Part shown: piece by piece, positions 39,744-48,998 of the stretch
Numbering within the stretch: position 1 is the first letter of the stretch
How the letters are laid out: each line of letters opens with the position of its first letter
From: Shigella phage ESh27
Strand: one strand, 5' to 3'
Sequence record: ON528737
DNA: 64,000 bases
Program-made: the position numbers and the translations under genes
Notes under the pieces: generated by a model
What the model saw: only the letters and a program-made list of their open reading frames with translations
Told to the model about the DNA's origin: nothing
The model's database searches: none

Positions 39744-39751
39744 TATTTATA
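39744..39751 (-). promoter_or_regulatory. T4-type late promoter (TATAAATA) for the GIY-YIG endonuclease gene
   Basis: Plus tatttata = minus TATAAATA, ~17 nt upstream of the endonuclease ATG. Confidence 0.55.
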
Positions 39752-39764
39752 ATGAGGAAATATC

Positions 39765-40433
39765 ATGATCGATAAAGACTATATTGAAGAGTTACGTGCT
39801 CTTTCTGATAAAAAGGAAGCCAAAGCTAAACTGTTCGAATATGCGAAACAATTTGGCATTAGTGTTAAGAAAACAAAATCATTCGATAATATTGTTATTG
39901 ATATCGAAGAAGCTCTTAACGCACTGGCTGATGAACCGTTACCTGAAACTGATGGATTATCTATTACTGATTTAATTACTGCCGCAGATGATGTGGACGG
40001 TGTTAATTTCACCAACGAAGAAGTTAAAGAAGAAGCTATTCTGTTGTTTGATTCTCCAACAGAACAAGTTGAAGTATTAGAAGTTGTCGAACAAGAAAAA
40101 GAATTCGACCATGATAAATTTGAAGAAGCAATTACTCAGGTTGTTGAATCTGAAAAGGAGCCTGAGACAGAGGTAAATAAAGAAGTAAAATTTGTTCTGC
40201 CTGAAAATTTTAGTCCTACACTCATTAAATTAGGCAAAGGCCTAGGATATGTTACTGTTCCTTGGTGGATTTATCAATGGATAGCCGAAACACCTGATTG
40301 GAAATCTCGCCCAACCAGTTTTGTGCACGCTTCTGCTCACCAAACATTATTTAGCTTAATTTATTATATTAATCGCGATGGATCAGTTCTAATTCGTGAA
40401 ACTCGTAATTCTTCTTTCATAACATTAAAATAA
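39765..40433 (+). CDS. inh: Inh, inhibitor of prohead protease gp21
   Basis: 222 aa acidic protein immediately upstream of hoc, as T4 inh. Confidence 0.7.
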   Translation: MIDKDYIEELRALSDKKEAKAKLFEYAKQFGISVKKTKSFDNIVIDIEEALNALADEPLPETDGLSITDLITAADDVDGVNFTNEEVKEEAILLFDSPTEQVEVLEVVEQEKEFDHDKFEEAITQVVESEKEPETEVNKEVKFVLPENFSPTLIKLGKGLGYVTVPWWIYQWIAETPDWKSRPTSFVHASAHQTLFSLIYYINRDGSVLIRETRNSSFITLK

Positions 40434-40442
40434 GGATAACTT

Positions 40443-41858
40443 ATGACATTCACTGTCACGTTATCTCCTTTAACTCCTACAGGGGTTATTGGAGGTTCAC
40501 AAACATTCACTGCTACACCTGCAGGTGAAACTCCAGATGGTACTATTACATATGTCTGGACTGTAGATGATATAGCACAGGAGTCTACGGCTGCTACAAT
40601 GGATTATACTCTTGCTTCTCCGGCAGGAACAAAAAAAATTAAAGTGGTTGCAACTAATACACTTTCCGCAGGAGATCCGGAAATAGCTGAAGCGTCAACA
40701 ACTATCACTGTTAATAAGAAAGAAAATAATTCTACCGTCGCTGTTACTCCGGCTTCTCCGGCGGCAGTAGAAATTGGAACAGCAACAACATTCACTGCTA
40801 ATGTAAGCAATCAACCTAGTGGTGCTGCTATTGCTTATACATGGAAAGTTGATGGGGTCGCTGTTGATGGTCAAAAGCAATCAACCTTTGAATATACACC
40901 AACAACTGAAGGAACTAAGTCTATAACTTGCTCTGTCACAGTGACTGCAACTGATTACGTTGATAAAACAGTAGAATCATCAGCGGTTTCTTTGACTGTA
41001 AATAAAAAGGCTAATTCTTCAACACTAAAAATTACGCCTGAGTCTCCGACTACAGTCTTTGGTGTTCCTATTACTTTAACTGCAAATGTCTCCGGTGCAC
41101 CTTCAGGTGCTACTACATCATTCCAGTGGTCAATGGATGACAGTAATATTCCAGATGCAACTTCTGCTACGTATAAATTCACTCCAACCGAGGTCGGAAG
41201 TAAAACTCTTAAATGCACCGTATCTGTTTCTGCATCAAATTATGTTACAAAAGAAATTTCAGCAGAAGCAACAGTAGTAACTAATAATGCTACATTTAAT
41301 AGTGCCACCATTTCTTTATCTCCCCCATCAGTTAATACTACTGTTGGTGGAACTGCAACTTTAACAGCATCTGTTACTGGTGCTCCAGGTGATACTAATA
41401 TTGTGTATTCTTGGAAGAAAGACAACGTAGCAGAAAGTAATTCTACTAATACTTACAGTATTGATACCTCCTCAGCTGGTACTCATACAATTAAAGTTGA
41501 AGCAGTATTAACTAAAGATAACTATACTTCAAAGACAATTAGTTCAACCGCTGAAGTTGTTATTGCTGAACGGACTCCAATTGAACCAGAAGGTGAACTA
41601 CCTTATGTTCATCCTCTTCCACACCGTACTTCAGCTTACATCTGGTGTGGTTGGTGGGTTATGGATGAAATCCAAAAAATGACTGAAGAAGGTAAAGATT
41701 GGAAAATTGACGATCCAGGTAGTAAGTATTACTTGCATCGTTATACGCTTCAGAAGATGATGAAAGACTATCCAGAAGTTGATGTTCAAGAATCACGTAA
41801 TGGATACATCATCCATAAAACTGCGCTAGAAACTGGTATCATTTATACATATCCATAA
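40443..41858 (+). CDS. hoc: Hoc, highly immunogenic outer capsid protein, with four tandem Ig-like repeats
   Basis: 471 aa; four ~95-aa repeats each with TFTA/TLTA..(S/T)G...Y.W...D pattern, plus C-terminal capsid-binding region; T4 Hoc is 376 aa. Confidence 0.85.
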   Translation: MTFTVTLSPLTPTGVIGGSQTFTATPAGETPDGTITYVWTVDDIAQESTAATMDYTLASPAGTKKIKVVATNTLSAGDPEIAEASTTITVNKKENNSTVAVTPASPAAVEIGTATTFTANVSNQPSGAAIAYTWKVDGVAVDGQKQSTFEYTPTTEGTKSITCSVTVTATDYVDKTVESSAVSLTVNKKANSSTLKITPESPTTVFGVPITLTANVSGAPSGATTSFQWSMDDSNIPDATSATYKFTPTEVGSKTLKCTVSVSASNYVTKEISAEATVVTNNATFNSATISLSPPSVNTTVGGTATLTASVTGAPGDTNIVYSWKKDNVAESNSTNTYSIDTSSAGTHTIKVEAVLTKDNYTSKTISSTAEVVIAERTPIEPEGELPYVHPLPHRTSAYIWCGWWVMDEIQKMTEEGKDWKIDDPGSKYYLHRYTLQKMMKDYPEVDVQESRNGYIIHKTALETGIIYTYP

Positions 41859-41864
41859 TCGTAA

Positions 41865-41890
41865 GGGGCTTCGGCCCCTTTCTTCGTTTT
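41865..41890 (+). terminator. Intrinsic terminator after hoc (GGGGCTTCGGCCCC + T-rich)
   Basis: UUCG-loop GC hairpin followed by tttcttcgtttt. Confidence 0.75.
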
Positions 41891-41958
41891 AAAGCATATA
41901 AAACACAACTTGAGATTGATGTATATAATGGCACAAACCAAATAACACTGGATTGATT

Positions 41959-42153
41959 ATGAGAGCTGAAGTTGAAGTTTATACATTACATGAGGCGGGA
42001 TTTTCATTCGTAGAAATTGCTCAAAAAATCGGTTTACAACCTAAAGAAGTTGGATTACTATGGACTAAAGCCGAGACAGCTCGGTCAAAGTTTAAAGCAA
42101 AAGAAAAAGTTGTATACCGTAAACGTTTGATTAACAAAAAGGTGAAGAAATGA
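41959..42153 (+). CDS. Small basic protein with possible helix-turn-helix (24.3 position)
   Basis: ATG at 41959; ~64 aa; GFSFVEIAQKIGLQPKEVGLLWTKA HTH-like, Lys/Arg-rich C-terminus. Confidence 0.45.
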   Translation: MRAEVEVYTLHEAGFSFVEIAQKIGLQPKEVGLLWTKAETARSKFKAKEKVVYRKRLINKKVKK

Positions 42154-42401
42154 GTTTTGCACAGGAATTAAGAGAAAGGGCCCTGGCCACTAAAGCCAAT
42201 TTGTTGAGTGATTTTATTACTAACTTCTCTGTGATGGCAGAGAAAGCCGCTGACAAAGGCCAGACACAATTCACGTACTATCCGTCAAAGAATGATTTAA
42301 CTATAACTGAACAAGTCGGTCAATGGCTTCGTGATAATGGCTTTCAGTACAAAATTAATCATGACCAGCGTGATGGTCATTGGATAGAAATCAAGTTCTA
42401 A
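42150..42401 (+). CDS. Hypothetical protein (24.2 position)
   Basis: 83 aa ORF, ATGA-coupled. Confidence 0.5.
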   Translation: MSFAQELRERALATKANLLSDFITNFSVMAEKAADKGQTQFTYYPSKNDLTITEQVGQWLRDNGFQYKINHDQRDGHWIEIKF

Positions 42402-42429
42402 TATGCTTTACATTTTTTGATGGTATAAT
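42402..42429 (+). promoter_or_regulatory. Putative MotA-dependent middle promoter upstream of rnlB (ATATGCTTTA + TATAAT)
   Basis: tgcttta at 42405-42411; tataat 42424-42429. Confidence 0.55.
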
Positions 42430-42520
42430 GAATCTAGGTTCTATCCATTCAAATTAAACATCGGGTCGGAGATAGAGTCTCTGCTAATTATTTTGATATT
42501 ATTATTTATAATGGTGATTT

Positions 42521-43528
42521 ATGTTTAAGAAATACAGCAGTCTTGAAAACCACTACAATAGCAAGTTTATTGAGAAAATTCGTTCACAAGGACTTGATGT
42601 AGGCGTTTGGGTAGCACGTGAGAAAATCCATGGGACCAACTTCTCGTTAATAATTGAACGTGACAACGTCACATGCGCCAAGCGCACAGGCCCTATTCTT
42701 CCAGCAGAAGATTTTTATGGTTATGAAATAGTACTCAAAAAGTATGATAAAGCTATTAAAGGCGTTCAAGAAGTCATGGGCAGTATTTCAACTTCAGTGC
42801 CGGTGACATATCAAGTCTTTGGTGAATTCGCTGGTGGTGGAATTCAGAAAGGTGTTGACTACGGTGAAAAAGATTTCTATGTATTCGATATCATCATAAA
42901 CACTGAAAGCGGTGATACTTATTACATGAGTGATTACGAAATGCAAGATTTCTGTAATACGTTTGGTTTTAAAATGGCACCAATGCTTGGACGTGGAACA
43001 TTTGATGCTCTTATCATGATTCCAAACGACCTTGATTCCGTCTTAGCCGCTTATAACGCTACTGCATCAGAAGACCTTGTCGAAGCAAATAATTGCGTAT
43101 TTGATGCTAATGTTATTGGCGATAATACGGCAGAAGGTTATGTTCTGAAGCCTTGTTTCCCTAAATGGCTGCCAAACGGTACTCGTGTAGCGATTAAGTG
43201 CAAGAACTCTAAATTCAGTGAAAAGAAAAAGTCTGATAAGCCTATTAAAACTCAGGTTCCATTAACTGAAATTGACAAAAACTTGCTTGATGTTCTAGCT
43301 TGTTATGTTACATTAAATCGTGTTAATAATGTTATTTCTAAGATTGGGACTGTAACGCCAAAAGATTTTGGCAAAGTGATGGGATTGACTGTTCAAGATA
43401 TTCTGGAAGAAACTTCTCGTGAAGGTATTGTATTAACATCATCTGATAATCCGAATCTTGTTAAGAAAGAATTAGTCCGAATGGTGCAAGATGTTCTGCG
43501 TCCTGCATGGATTGAATTAGTATCATAA
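42521..43528 (+). CDS. rnlB: RNA ligase 2
   Basis: 335 aa; [19 protein letters not shown], active-site KIHGTNFS (KxHG), C-terminal [11 protein letters not shown] as in T4 Rnl2. Confidence 0.92.
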   Translation: MFKKYSSLENHYNSKFIEKIRSQGLDVGVWVAREKIHGTNFSLIIERDNVTCAKRTGPILPAEDFYGYEIVLKKYDKAIKGVQEVMGSISTSVPVTYQVFGEFAGGGIQKGVDYGEKDFYVFDIIINTESGDTYYMSDYEMQDFCNTFGFKMAPMLGRGTFDALIMIPNDLDSVLAAYNATASEDLVEANNCVFDANVIGDNTAEGYVLKPCFPKWLPNGTRVAIKCKNSKFSEKKKSDKPIKTQVPLTEIDKNLLDVLACYVTLNRVNNVISKIGTVTPKDFGKVMGLTVQDILEETSREGIVLTSSDNPNLVKKELVRMVQDVLRPAWIELVS

Positions 43529-43530
43529 CA

Positions 43531-43560
43531 AAAAAAAAAGGGACCGTAAGGTCCCTTTTT
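43531..43560. terminator. Bidirectional intrinsic terminator (A9-GGGACCGTAAGGTCCC-T5) between rnlB and gene 24
   Basis: Perfect hairpin flanked by A-run and T-run; convergent genes. Confidence 0.85.
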
Positions 43561-43563
43561 CGT

Positions 43564-44847
43564 TTATTCATCTATAATAATTTTAGGCAATTTAACACCA
43601 AGTAAAACAGACAAGTCTGAACGTCCTGCCATTTTATCCATGTCCCCGCCATCAATTACTCTCGCTTCTTTTTCATCTTTTGCTACTGTGTAAGGATTTG
43701 CTGATAAAGCATATCTAACCAATAAACCTATAGATGGTTGTAAGCTTTCCGGATCAACTACAACTTTAAATGCACCGACATGTTCCGGGTCGTCTAAATC
43801 CATTCCTTCAGTGTATGGAGCATAAAAGATGGACCCTACAATTTCTTTTTCGCCGATATTTTCTACAACACCCACAATAACATAATCTAACGGACTGTTA
43901 GTATCGCAATAAAGCGGTAAACCATTAGCTAAGAACCCGTAAGCATTTTGTGAAAGATACTTATCATCTTCTGGTTTATGTTTTAACCAACCGGAAGCAG
44001 CAAGAATAGCAGCTGCACGAGCTGAAGCTACACAAAACGTCGCAGTATAAGTTGACTCTTTTTGAATGTGGGATACCATTTCACACACCATTCGATATAA
44101 CGAACGACCTGCTTCCGGAGCGGATGCATAGCTCAAGTCAATAAATCCAGTGTCAGTAATTCCAGTAACTTTATAACGTTTCGATACAGTAATTAAAGAC
44201 TGAAGAATATCTTTATTAATTTCATCAGCCATTTCAGTAGCAAGCAAATCTTCTAAGAAGTTAGGGGCATCAAATCCATTCGCTTCCAAATCTTGCGCTA
44301 ATTCAACCGTGAGACCGGTTTTAAGTTTACGAGATTTGACTGAAGTTTGCCATTTATTAATCTGGAATCTTGCATCAGAAATTTCGCTACCAGAGCTTTC
44401 AAATTTGCTTGTCACCGCTGCATCTGAAAATAACCGTACCTTTAAATGAACGACTGCAATCTGAAGAGCCAATTCTAGATCACTTTCTTGAATATCTGCA
44501 AATGGCGTATCTTCTAACACTTTATAGACGATATTATTATATTTGAAAAAATCGCCTTTATTTAGTGTGACTTTTGATTCTTCTGTGAGCTCGGTAATTT
44601 TTTCTCGGTCTACATATCCAGCTTCACCTGCATAAGTAGCACCAGTTTTAAACGTTAATTCGTTGTCTGGGTTAAGATATTTGATACCATAAAAAGCAGC
44701 AACAGGTTGATTAGTTCTTTGTGTTGCTACAATGTCAGAATATATTAATTTAGTCGTAGCGCGAGTCAAAGCAACGAGATTTGGGCGACCAATTGAGTTG
44801 CTAGTAGACGTTGTAGATTCACGCAATAATTTTTGGATTTTACTCAT
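43564..44847 (-). CDS. 24: Capsid vertex protein gp24
   Basis: 427 aa; near identical over long stretches to T4 gp24 (LRESTT...SIGRPNLVALTRATTKLIYSDIVATQRTNQPVAAFYGIKYLNPDNE). Confidence 0.96.
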   Translation of the reverse strand: MSKIQKLLRESTTSTSNSIGRPNLVALTRATTKLIYSDIVATQRTNQPVAAFYGIKYLNPDNELTFKTGATYAGEAGYVDREKITELTEESKVTLNKGDFFKYNNIVYKVLEDTPFADIQESDLELALQIAVVHLKVRLFSDAAVTSKFESSGSEISDARFQINKWQTSVKSRKLKTGLTVELAQDLEANGFDAPNFLEDLLATEMADEINKDILQSLITVSKRYKVTGITDTGFIDLSYASAPEAGRSLYRMVCEMVSHIQKESTYTATFCVASARAAAILAASGWLKHKPEDDKYLSQNAYGFLANGLPLYCDTNSPLDYVIVGVVENIGEKEIVGSIFYAPYTEGMDLDDPEHVGAFKVVVDPESLQPSIGLLVRYALSANPYTVAKDEKEARVIDGGDMDKMAGRSDLSVLLGVKLPKIIIDE

Positions 44848-44873
44848 TGCATTTTTCCTTATGTGATATAGAT

Positions 44874-44881
44874 TATTTATA
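44874..44881 (-). promoter_or_regulatory. T4-type late promoter (TATAAATA) for gene 24
   Basis: Plus tatttata = minus TATAAATA, ~27 nt upstream of gp24 ATG. Confidence 0.65.
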
Positions 44882-44887
44882 AAGATT

Positions 44888-44917
44888 GTTTACAACGTAT
44901 TTGGTATGTGATACTAT
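44888..44917 (+). promoter_or_regulatory. T4-type early promoter (GTTTAC ... TGATACTATAGAC) between late genes 24 and 23
   Basis: gtttac 44888-44893; tactat 44912-44917. Confidence 0.6.
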
Positions 44918-44947
44918 AGACTTATTAACTACAGAGGAGTAAACAAA

Positions 44948-45217
44948 ATGACTAAAGCACGTTTCTTACGAGATACTTTAAAAGTTCTGGAAGCTGAAGC
45001 GGTTAAGTTAGTAGAAAAATATGGTGCAAAAGTTAATGGTAATGCCTTCAACAAAGTATGGATGAAAGTTGATTCTGAAGCTCGAGCTAAAGGCTATTGG
45101 GCCACCGATAAACTTGCATCATTCAAAAACAAAGACGGTTCTCCAGCATATGTCCAAGAAGGTATGCCTAATTGGCAAAATATTTTGAAAACTTACATCG
45201 AAATTGCACAGAAATAA
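44948..45217 (+). CDS. Hypothetical early protein embedded between capsid genes 24 and 23
   Basis: 89 aa; strong SD gaggagtaaacaaaatg; own early promoter. Confidence 0.6.
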   Translation: MTKARFLRDTLKVLEAEAVKLVEKYGAKVNGNAFNKVWMKVDSEARAKGYWATDKLASFKNKDGSPAYVQEGMPNWQNILKTYIEIAQK

Positions 45218-45245
45218 AACCAAAAATGGGAGACCGAAGTCTCCC
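45218..45245 (-). terminator. Intrinsic terminator after gene 23 (minus-strand GGGAGACTTCGGTCTCCC + T-run)
   Basis: Third copy of the same 18-nt hairpin; on the minus strand followed by atttttg. Confidence 0.75.
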
Positions 45246-45269
45246 AAAATAAGATTTAATCAATTAAGA

Positions 45270-46838
45270 TTAGATGCCTTTTACATATACACGGCGGAAG
45301 TAAGCGTTCTTACCAAGGCTGTTCAGGATAGACGGCATACCGGACTGGATGCGAGCACCTGGAGCCTGCAGGGAACTTTCAGCAAACGGGTTAACACCGA
45401 TACCGTAACGAGTTTTAAAGCCCATTACCGGCTGGAAGTTCTTAGGATCGGAACCACGCAGTGGGGTAAGTGCAACGTAAGGAGCATAGTAAATACCTGC
45501 ATCCATTTCGTTAGCGCCTTTGTAACCAACGGTGAAGTAATCCTGTTTAGCATATTGGTCGATGTATACGCGGTATTTACCACCAAGTACACCGGCAAAT
45601 ACGGACTTAGTAGTGTCGGTATTAAAACCAGAAGCCAGACCCTGTGCAGCATAAGAAATGCCAGTATCAACTGAAGCCAGTACGTTAACTACGTTACGGG
45701 AAGCGATAATGAAGTTACCTTCACCACGACCGGTTTGACGAGCAATTTCAACTGCTTCTTTATCAATCTGGAACAACAGAGATTTAAAGCTTTCACCAGC
45801 CCAACGAGCACCACGGATATCAATCGGGTCCTGGAAGTCAAATACACCAGCTTTAGAACCCGGAGTCAGGGTCATACCAGATTTACCAACCTGAGCGGAG
45901 TAGTTAATCCAGTCAACAACTTCACGGTTGATTTCTAGCATAATTTCTGTAGCCAGGATACCGCTCAGTTCAGCATCAGCATCCATACCGTGTACTGCAC
46001 GGAGGTCTTGTGCCAATTCGATGGAGTAAGCTGCTTTCAGCTGACGAGATTTAGCTTCAATAACTTGTTTGTCGATACGGAAGCCCATTTCGTTCCATGG
46101 GTTATCAGTAGAACCGTTGAAACCTTCCTGGAGTTCAGCGATAGAAGTAGCCATACCTTCAGCGATTTCTACCAGTGCACCAGCTTCCATTTGTTTCTTA
46201 ATTTCAGCATCTAATTTAGTTGCATCGTTAGCACTAGCATCGATTGTTACTACAGCGGAAGCTTGCAGATATACAGTACCAGTTTCCTGGAAGAAGTGAG
46301 TATAGATATCACCTACAACGGTTTGTGTGCTAGCAGCCAACGCCGGGAATTTCTTAGCAGCGCCCTGACCAGAGAACATTGCATCCGGAGCATACATCGG
46401 ATGGAAAGCTTCTTTAGCGCCAGCAGCGATAGGGTCTTTACCATATACTGCACGGAGAGCAAATACCTGACCGGTAGGGCTGTTCATAGGCTGAACACCA
46501 CAAATATCAAAAGCGATCAGATTAGGAATAGCACGACGAACCATACCCATAACTGCTGGCCCAATCTGGGTTACTGCACCAGAGGTTTGACCTGCTGCGA
46601 TGTTCTGAGCATTATAACCGTGGTCACCACCAATTTCAGCTTCGGTCAAGAAAGAACCAAATGCCTGAGCGATTTTCTCGTCTTTATATTCAGGGGATAC
46701 TTCGAAATCTTTTTCCTGGTTTTCGAAGATTTTAGCGATAATAGCCTGCTTGCTATTAGCGATTTCCGGCAGGCCTTCACCTTCCAGCAGTTCTTTCCAT
46801 TTGTCTACGAGCTGAGCTTTAGTTTTGATAGTAGTCAT
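45270..46838 (-). CDS. 23: Major capsid protein gp23
   Basis: 522 aa; near identical to T4 gp23 (MTIKTKAQLVDKWKELLEGEGLPEIANSKQAIIAKIFENQEKDF...). Confidence 0.97.
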   Translation of the reverse strand: MTTIKTKAQLVDKWKELLEGEGLPEIANSKQAIIAKIFENQEKDFEVSPEYKDEKIAQAFGSFLTEAEIGGDHGYNAQNIAAGQTSGAVTQIGPAVMGMVRRAIPNLIAFDICGVQPMNSPTGQVFALRAVYGKDPIAAGAKEAFHPMYAPDAMFSGQGAAKKFPALAASTQTVVGDIYTHFFQETGTVYLQASAVVTIDASANDATKLDAEIKKQMEAGALVEIAEGMATSIAELQEGFNGSTDNPWNEMGFRIDKQVIEAKSRQLKAAYSIELAQDLRAVHGMDADAELSGILATEIMLEINREVVDWINYSAQVGKSGMTLTPGSKAGVFDFQDPIDIRGARWAGESFKSLLFQIDKEAVEIARQTGRGEGNFIIASRNVVNVLASVDTGISYAAQGLASGFNTDTTKSVFAGVLGGKYRVYIDQYAKQDYFTVGYKGANEMDAGIYYAPYVALTPLRGSDPKNFQPVMGFKTRYGIGVNPFAESSLQAPGARIQSGMPSILNSLGKNAYFRRVYVKGI

Positions 46839-46855
46839 TTGTGTTAACCTTTAAA

Positions 46856-47668
46856 TTAGAAACGAGATGCGACTTTCGCATATAAACTTACATTAGAATT
46901 CTGTTCTACCTGAGTTGTGGTAGTGTCAACTGCTTCGGCAACAAAATTAAGACCGGCAGCGTCATTGTCAACTGTATTTATACTTTCGGTAATAGCGGCT
47001 TCTTCTTTAGTAGAACCTTTAACCATTTCTACAATAGCAGTTAACTTAGTACCAAATGCGTCAGAATAATCCATACCTTCAACCAGGCCAATAACTTTTT
47101 CTTTCTGAGATTCAGTCAGGTCTTTTACGCTTTCATTAATAGCAGTTTCACGCTGAACGTAATTGATATATGCATCACGTTTGGTAACTTCTTCGAACAA
47201 ACGAGCGGTTTCTTCTTTATGTTCGGCCAGCTCTTCTTCCATTTCTGCTACAACATCTACAGATTCTTCTGGAACAACAACGTTATGTTCAACAAACAGT
47301 TCTTTCAGACCACCAAGCATGGATTCAAACAAATCAGCTTTAATGCCTTTATCAACTGCGATTTGGTTTTCTGCGAGCCATTCTTTTGCAAGATGGTCCA
47401 GGAATTTAGAAGCTTGTTCAGCCAATTTTTTATCAGCTTTCTCTTCAGCATCTTCTTTAGCCTTTTCAACTTCTTCTTCGGCTTTTTCGGCGATGGCTTT
47501 GATATGAGATTCAGCAAGTTTGACTGCTTCCTGCTTAACGGTGGCTTCGAATACAGTGCTGAAATTAGCTTTAACGTCCGGAGACAGTTCTACTGATTCG
47601 AAAACACTATTAAGAGCAACTGAAGTCTCGATATTCTGAGCTTCTTTCAAAAGTTGTTCTTTGATCAT
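46856..47668 (-). CDS. 22: Prohead core scaffold protein gp22
   Basis: 270 aa, acidic coiled-coil; T4 gp22 269 aa; synteny. Confidence 0.9.
   Translation of the reverse strand: MIKEQLLKEAQNIETSVALNSVFESVELSPDVKANFSTVFEATVKQEAVKLAESHIKAIAEKAEEEVEKAKEDAEEKADKKLAEQASKFLDHLAKEWLAENQIAVDKGIKADLFESMLGGLKELFVEHNVVVPEESVDVVAEMEEELAEHKEETARLFEEVTKRDAYINYVQRETAINESVKDLTESQKEKVIGLVEGMDYSDAFGTKLTAIVEMVKGSTKEEAAITESINTVDNDAAGLNFVAEAVDTTTTQVEQNSNVSLYAKVASRF
46975..46982 (-). promoter_or_regulatory. Putative late promoter (TATAAATA) for gene 23, inside the 3' end of gene 22
   Basis: Plus tatttata; ~137 nt upstream of gp23 ATG. Confidence 0.4.
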
Positions 47669-47698
47669 TTTAGTGTCCTGTGGTTTAGATTACATTAT

Positions 47699-47706
47699 TA
47701 TTTATA
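47699..47706 (-). promoter_or_regulatory. T4-type late promoter (TATAAATA) for gene 22, overlapping the gene 21 stop codon
   Basis: Plus tatttata 47699-47706; ~31 nt upstream of gp22 ATG. Confidence 0.6.
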
Positions 47707-48343
47707 ATGCTTTTAAACTCTCTGCGAGAGCTTTAAATGCTTCATCAGCACTGTTTTTGGTGATTTCCACCGAATTTTCTGATTCTGATATTTGTTTAGG
47801 AGTAACCCAAGCATCTGGAGCAGAAGGTCCCCATACGGCATCTACGCCGACGGTTAATTTAAATCCTTCGTTCACGATACGGTACCCTTTATTGGTGTCG
47901 GTTAAAGAACCAAGACCACGAGAGGAAACACCTGGAATCCAACCAGCTCGTATATTAGCAGCTAATTTATCGCCGGGACCATGGTCGCCTTCAATAATTC
48001 TAGCGCGTCCATATACATCGTTTCCTTTCCACCACATATCTTCAATAATGATAGCGGCTTGCATAGGGTCAACATTTGCGCGAGGTGGATGGTTTAATTC
48101 TCCAAGGGCTTGTTTAGTTGCGACTTGTTCTTTAATATAGTCACTTACTGCTTTTTCCAAAACGCGTTTAGGATATAAACGTTTATTTCGGTTAACAACC
48201 TCTGCCTGAAGAAAAATACCTTCTATATAAAGCCCTGGTTTTAAGCCAGAATCTTTTCCATCATGAGATTCCAACATTGGAACGCCATCAATAATCTCAC
48301 CGGGTTGACCCCAAGTTTCAATAAGTAACTCGGGTTTATTCAT
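47702..48343 (-). CDS. 21: Prohead core protease gp21
   Basis: 213 aa (T4 gp21 212 aa); synteny. Confidence 0.9.
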   Translation of the reverse strand: MNKPELLIETWGQPGEIIDGVPMLESHDGKDSGLKPGLYIEGIFLQAEVVNRNKRLYPKRVLEKAVSDYIKEQVATKQALGELNHPPRANVDPMQAAIIIEDMWWKGNDVYGRARIIEGDHGPGDKLAANIRAGWIPGVSSRGLGSLTDTNKGYRIVNEGFKLTVGVDAVWGPSAPDAWVTPKQISESENSVEITKNSADEAFKALAESLKAL

Positions 48344-48768
48344 TAGCTTAATCCTAATGCTTTACGACGTTTAAGAGCTTTTTTACGCTTACGCAAGCCT
48401 TTAACTTGGCCTGAAGGGTTAGCTTTTTTAGCTTTAACGACCTTACGAGCGATTTGTCTACGTTTTGCTTTAGAAAGACCGGTTGTTTGGAACGCGTTAC
48501 GTTCACGAGTTTTACGGTCTTTAGTGCGGGTGACTTCACCGCGAGAAGAAACATGTTTAACGATAAACTCATTTAACTGTTCTTCATTAATAATGGAAGC
48601 CATTGCAACAGCTAAATCCGTTTCAGTTTCAAGCATGTTCTCGATAATAGTATTTATATCGTCAATATCGAGAGCAGAAGACAATGCATCGATTCGGCCC
48701 TGTGCTTCAGGAATAAGTGCTTCGACATTTTCGAGTACCAATTCATAAGATTCAGGGATAAGATACAT
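48343..48768 (-). CDS. 68: Prohead core protein gp68
   Basis: 141 aa (T4 gp68 141 aa); synteny. Confidence 0.8.
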   Translation of the reverse strand: MYLIPESYELVLENVEALIPEAQGRIDALSSALDIDDINTIIENMLETETDLAVAMASIINEEQLNEFIVKHVSSRGEVTRTKDRKTRERNAFQTTGLSKAKRRQIARKVVKAKKANPSGQVKGLRKRKKALKRRKALGLS

Positions 48769-48998
48769 TATTCATCGTCCTCATCATCTTCGTCGTCATC
48801 GTCTTCATCAGCGTCGTCTTCCGAAGCTTTAGCTTTCTTTTCTTCTTCAGGTTCTTCGCCTTCAATCAAAAATTGAGAAGCGATTTCTGCTTTGCGTGCT
48901 TCAATCAAATGAACCGTTTTTTCTGCCATTGCACTTTCAAAAAACTTTCGAGTAGCAACGAGGTCGTTTGATTTAATAGCTTGAATTAAATCGTCCAT
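48768..48998 (-). CDS. 67: Prohead core protein gp67 (acidic C-terminus)
   Basis: 76 aa with poly-acidic tail [16 protein letters not shown]; synteny. Confidence 0.8.
   Translation of the reverse strand: MDDLIQAIKSNDLVATRKFFESAMAEKTVHLIEARKAEIASQFLIEGEEPEEEKKAKASEDDADEDDDDEDDEDDE

Noticed and set aside
39728-39766. Longest-ORF start of the GIY-YIG gene at 39766
   Set aside because: The extension includes the TATAAATA late promoter and overlaps the inh start; GIY-YIG proteins begin directly with the catalytic motif.
40443-41600. Hoc internal repeats as a DNA-level tandem repeat or CRISPR-like array
   Set aside because: The repeats are ~285 bp, diverged at nucleotide level and in-frame (Ig-like domain units); no short direct repeats with unique spacers exist anywhere in the window.
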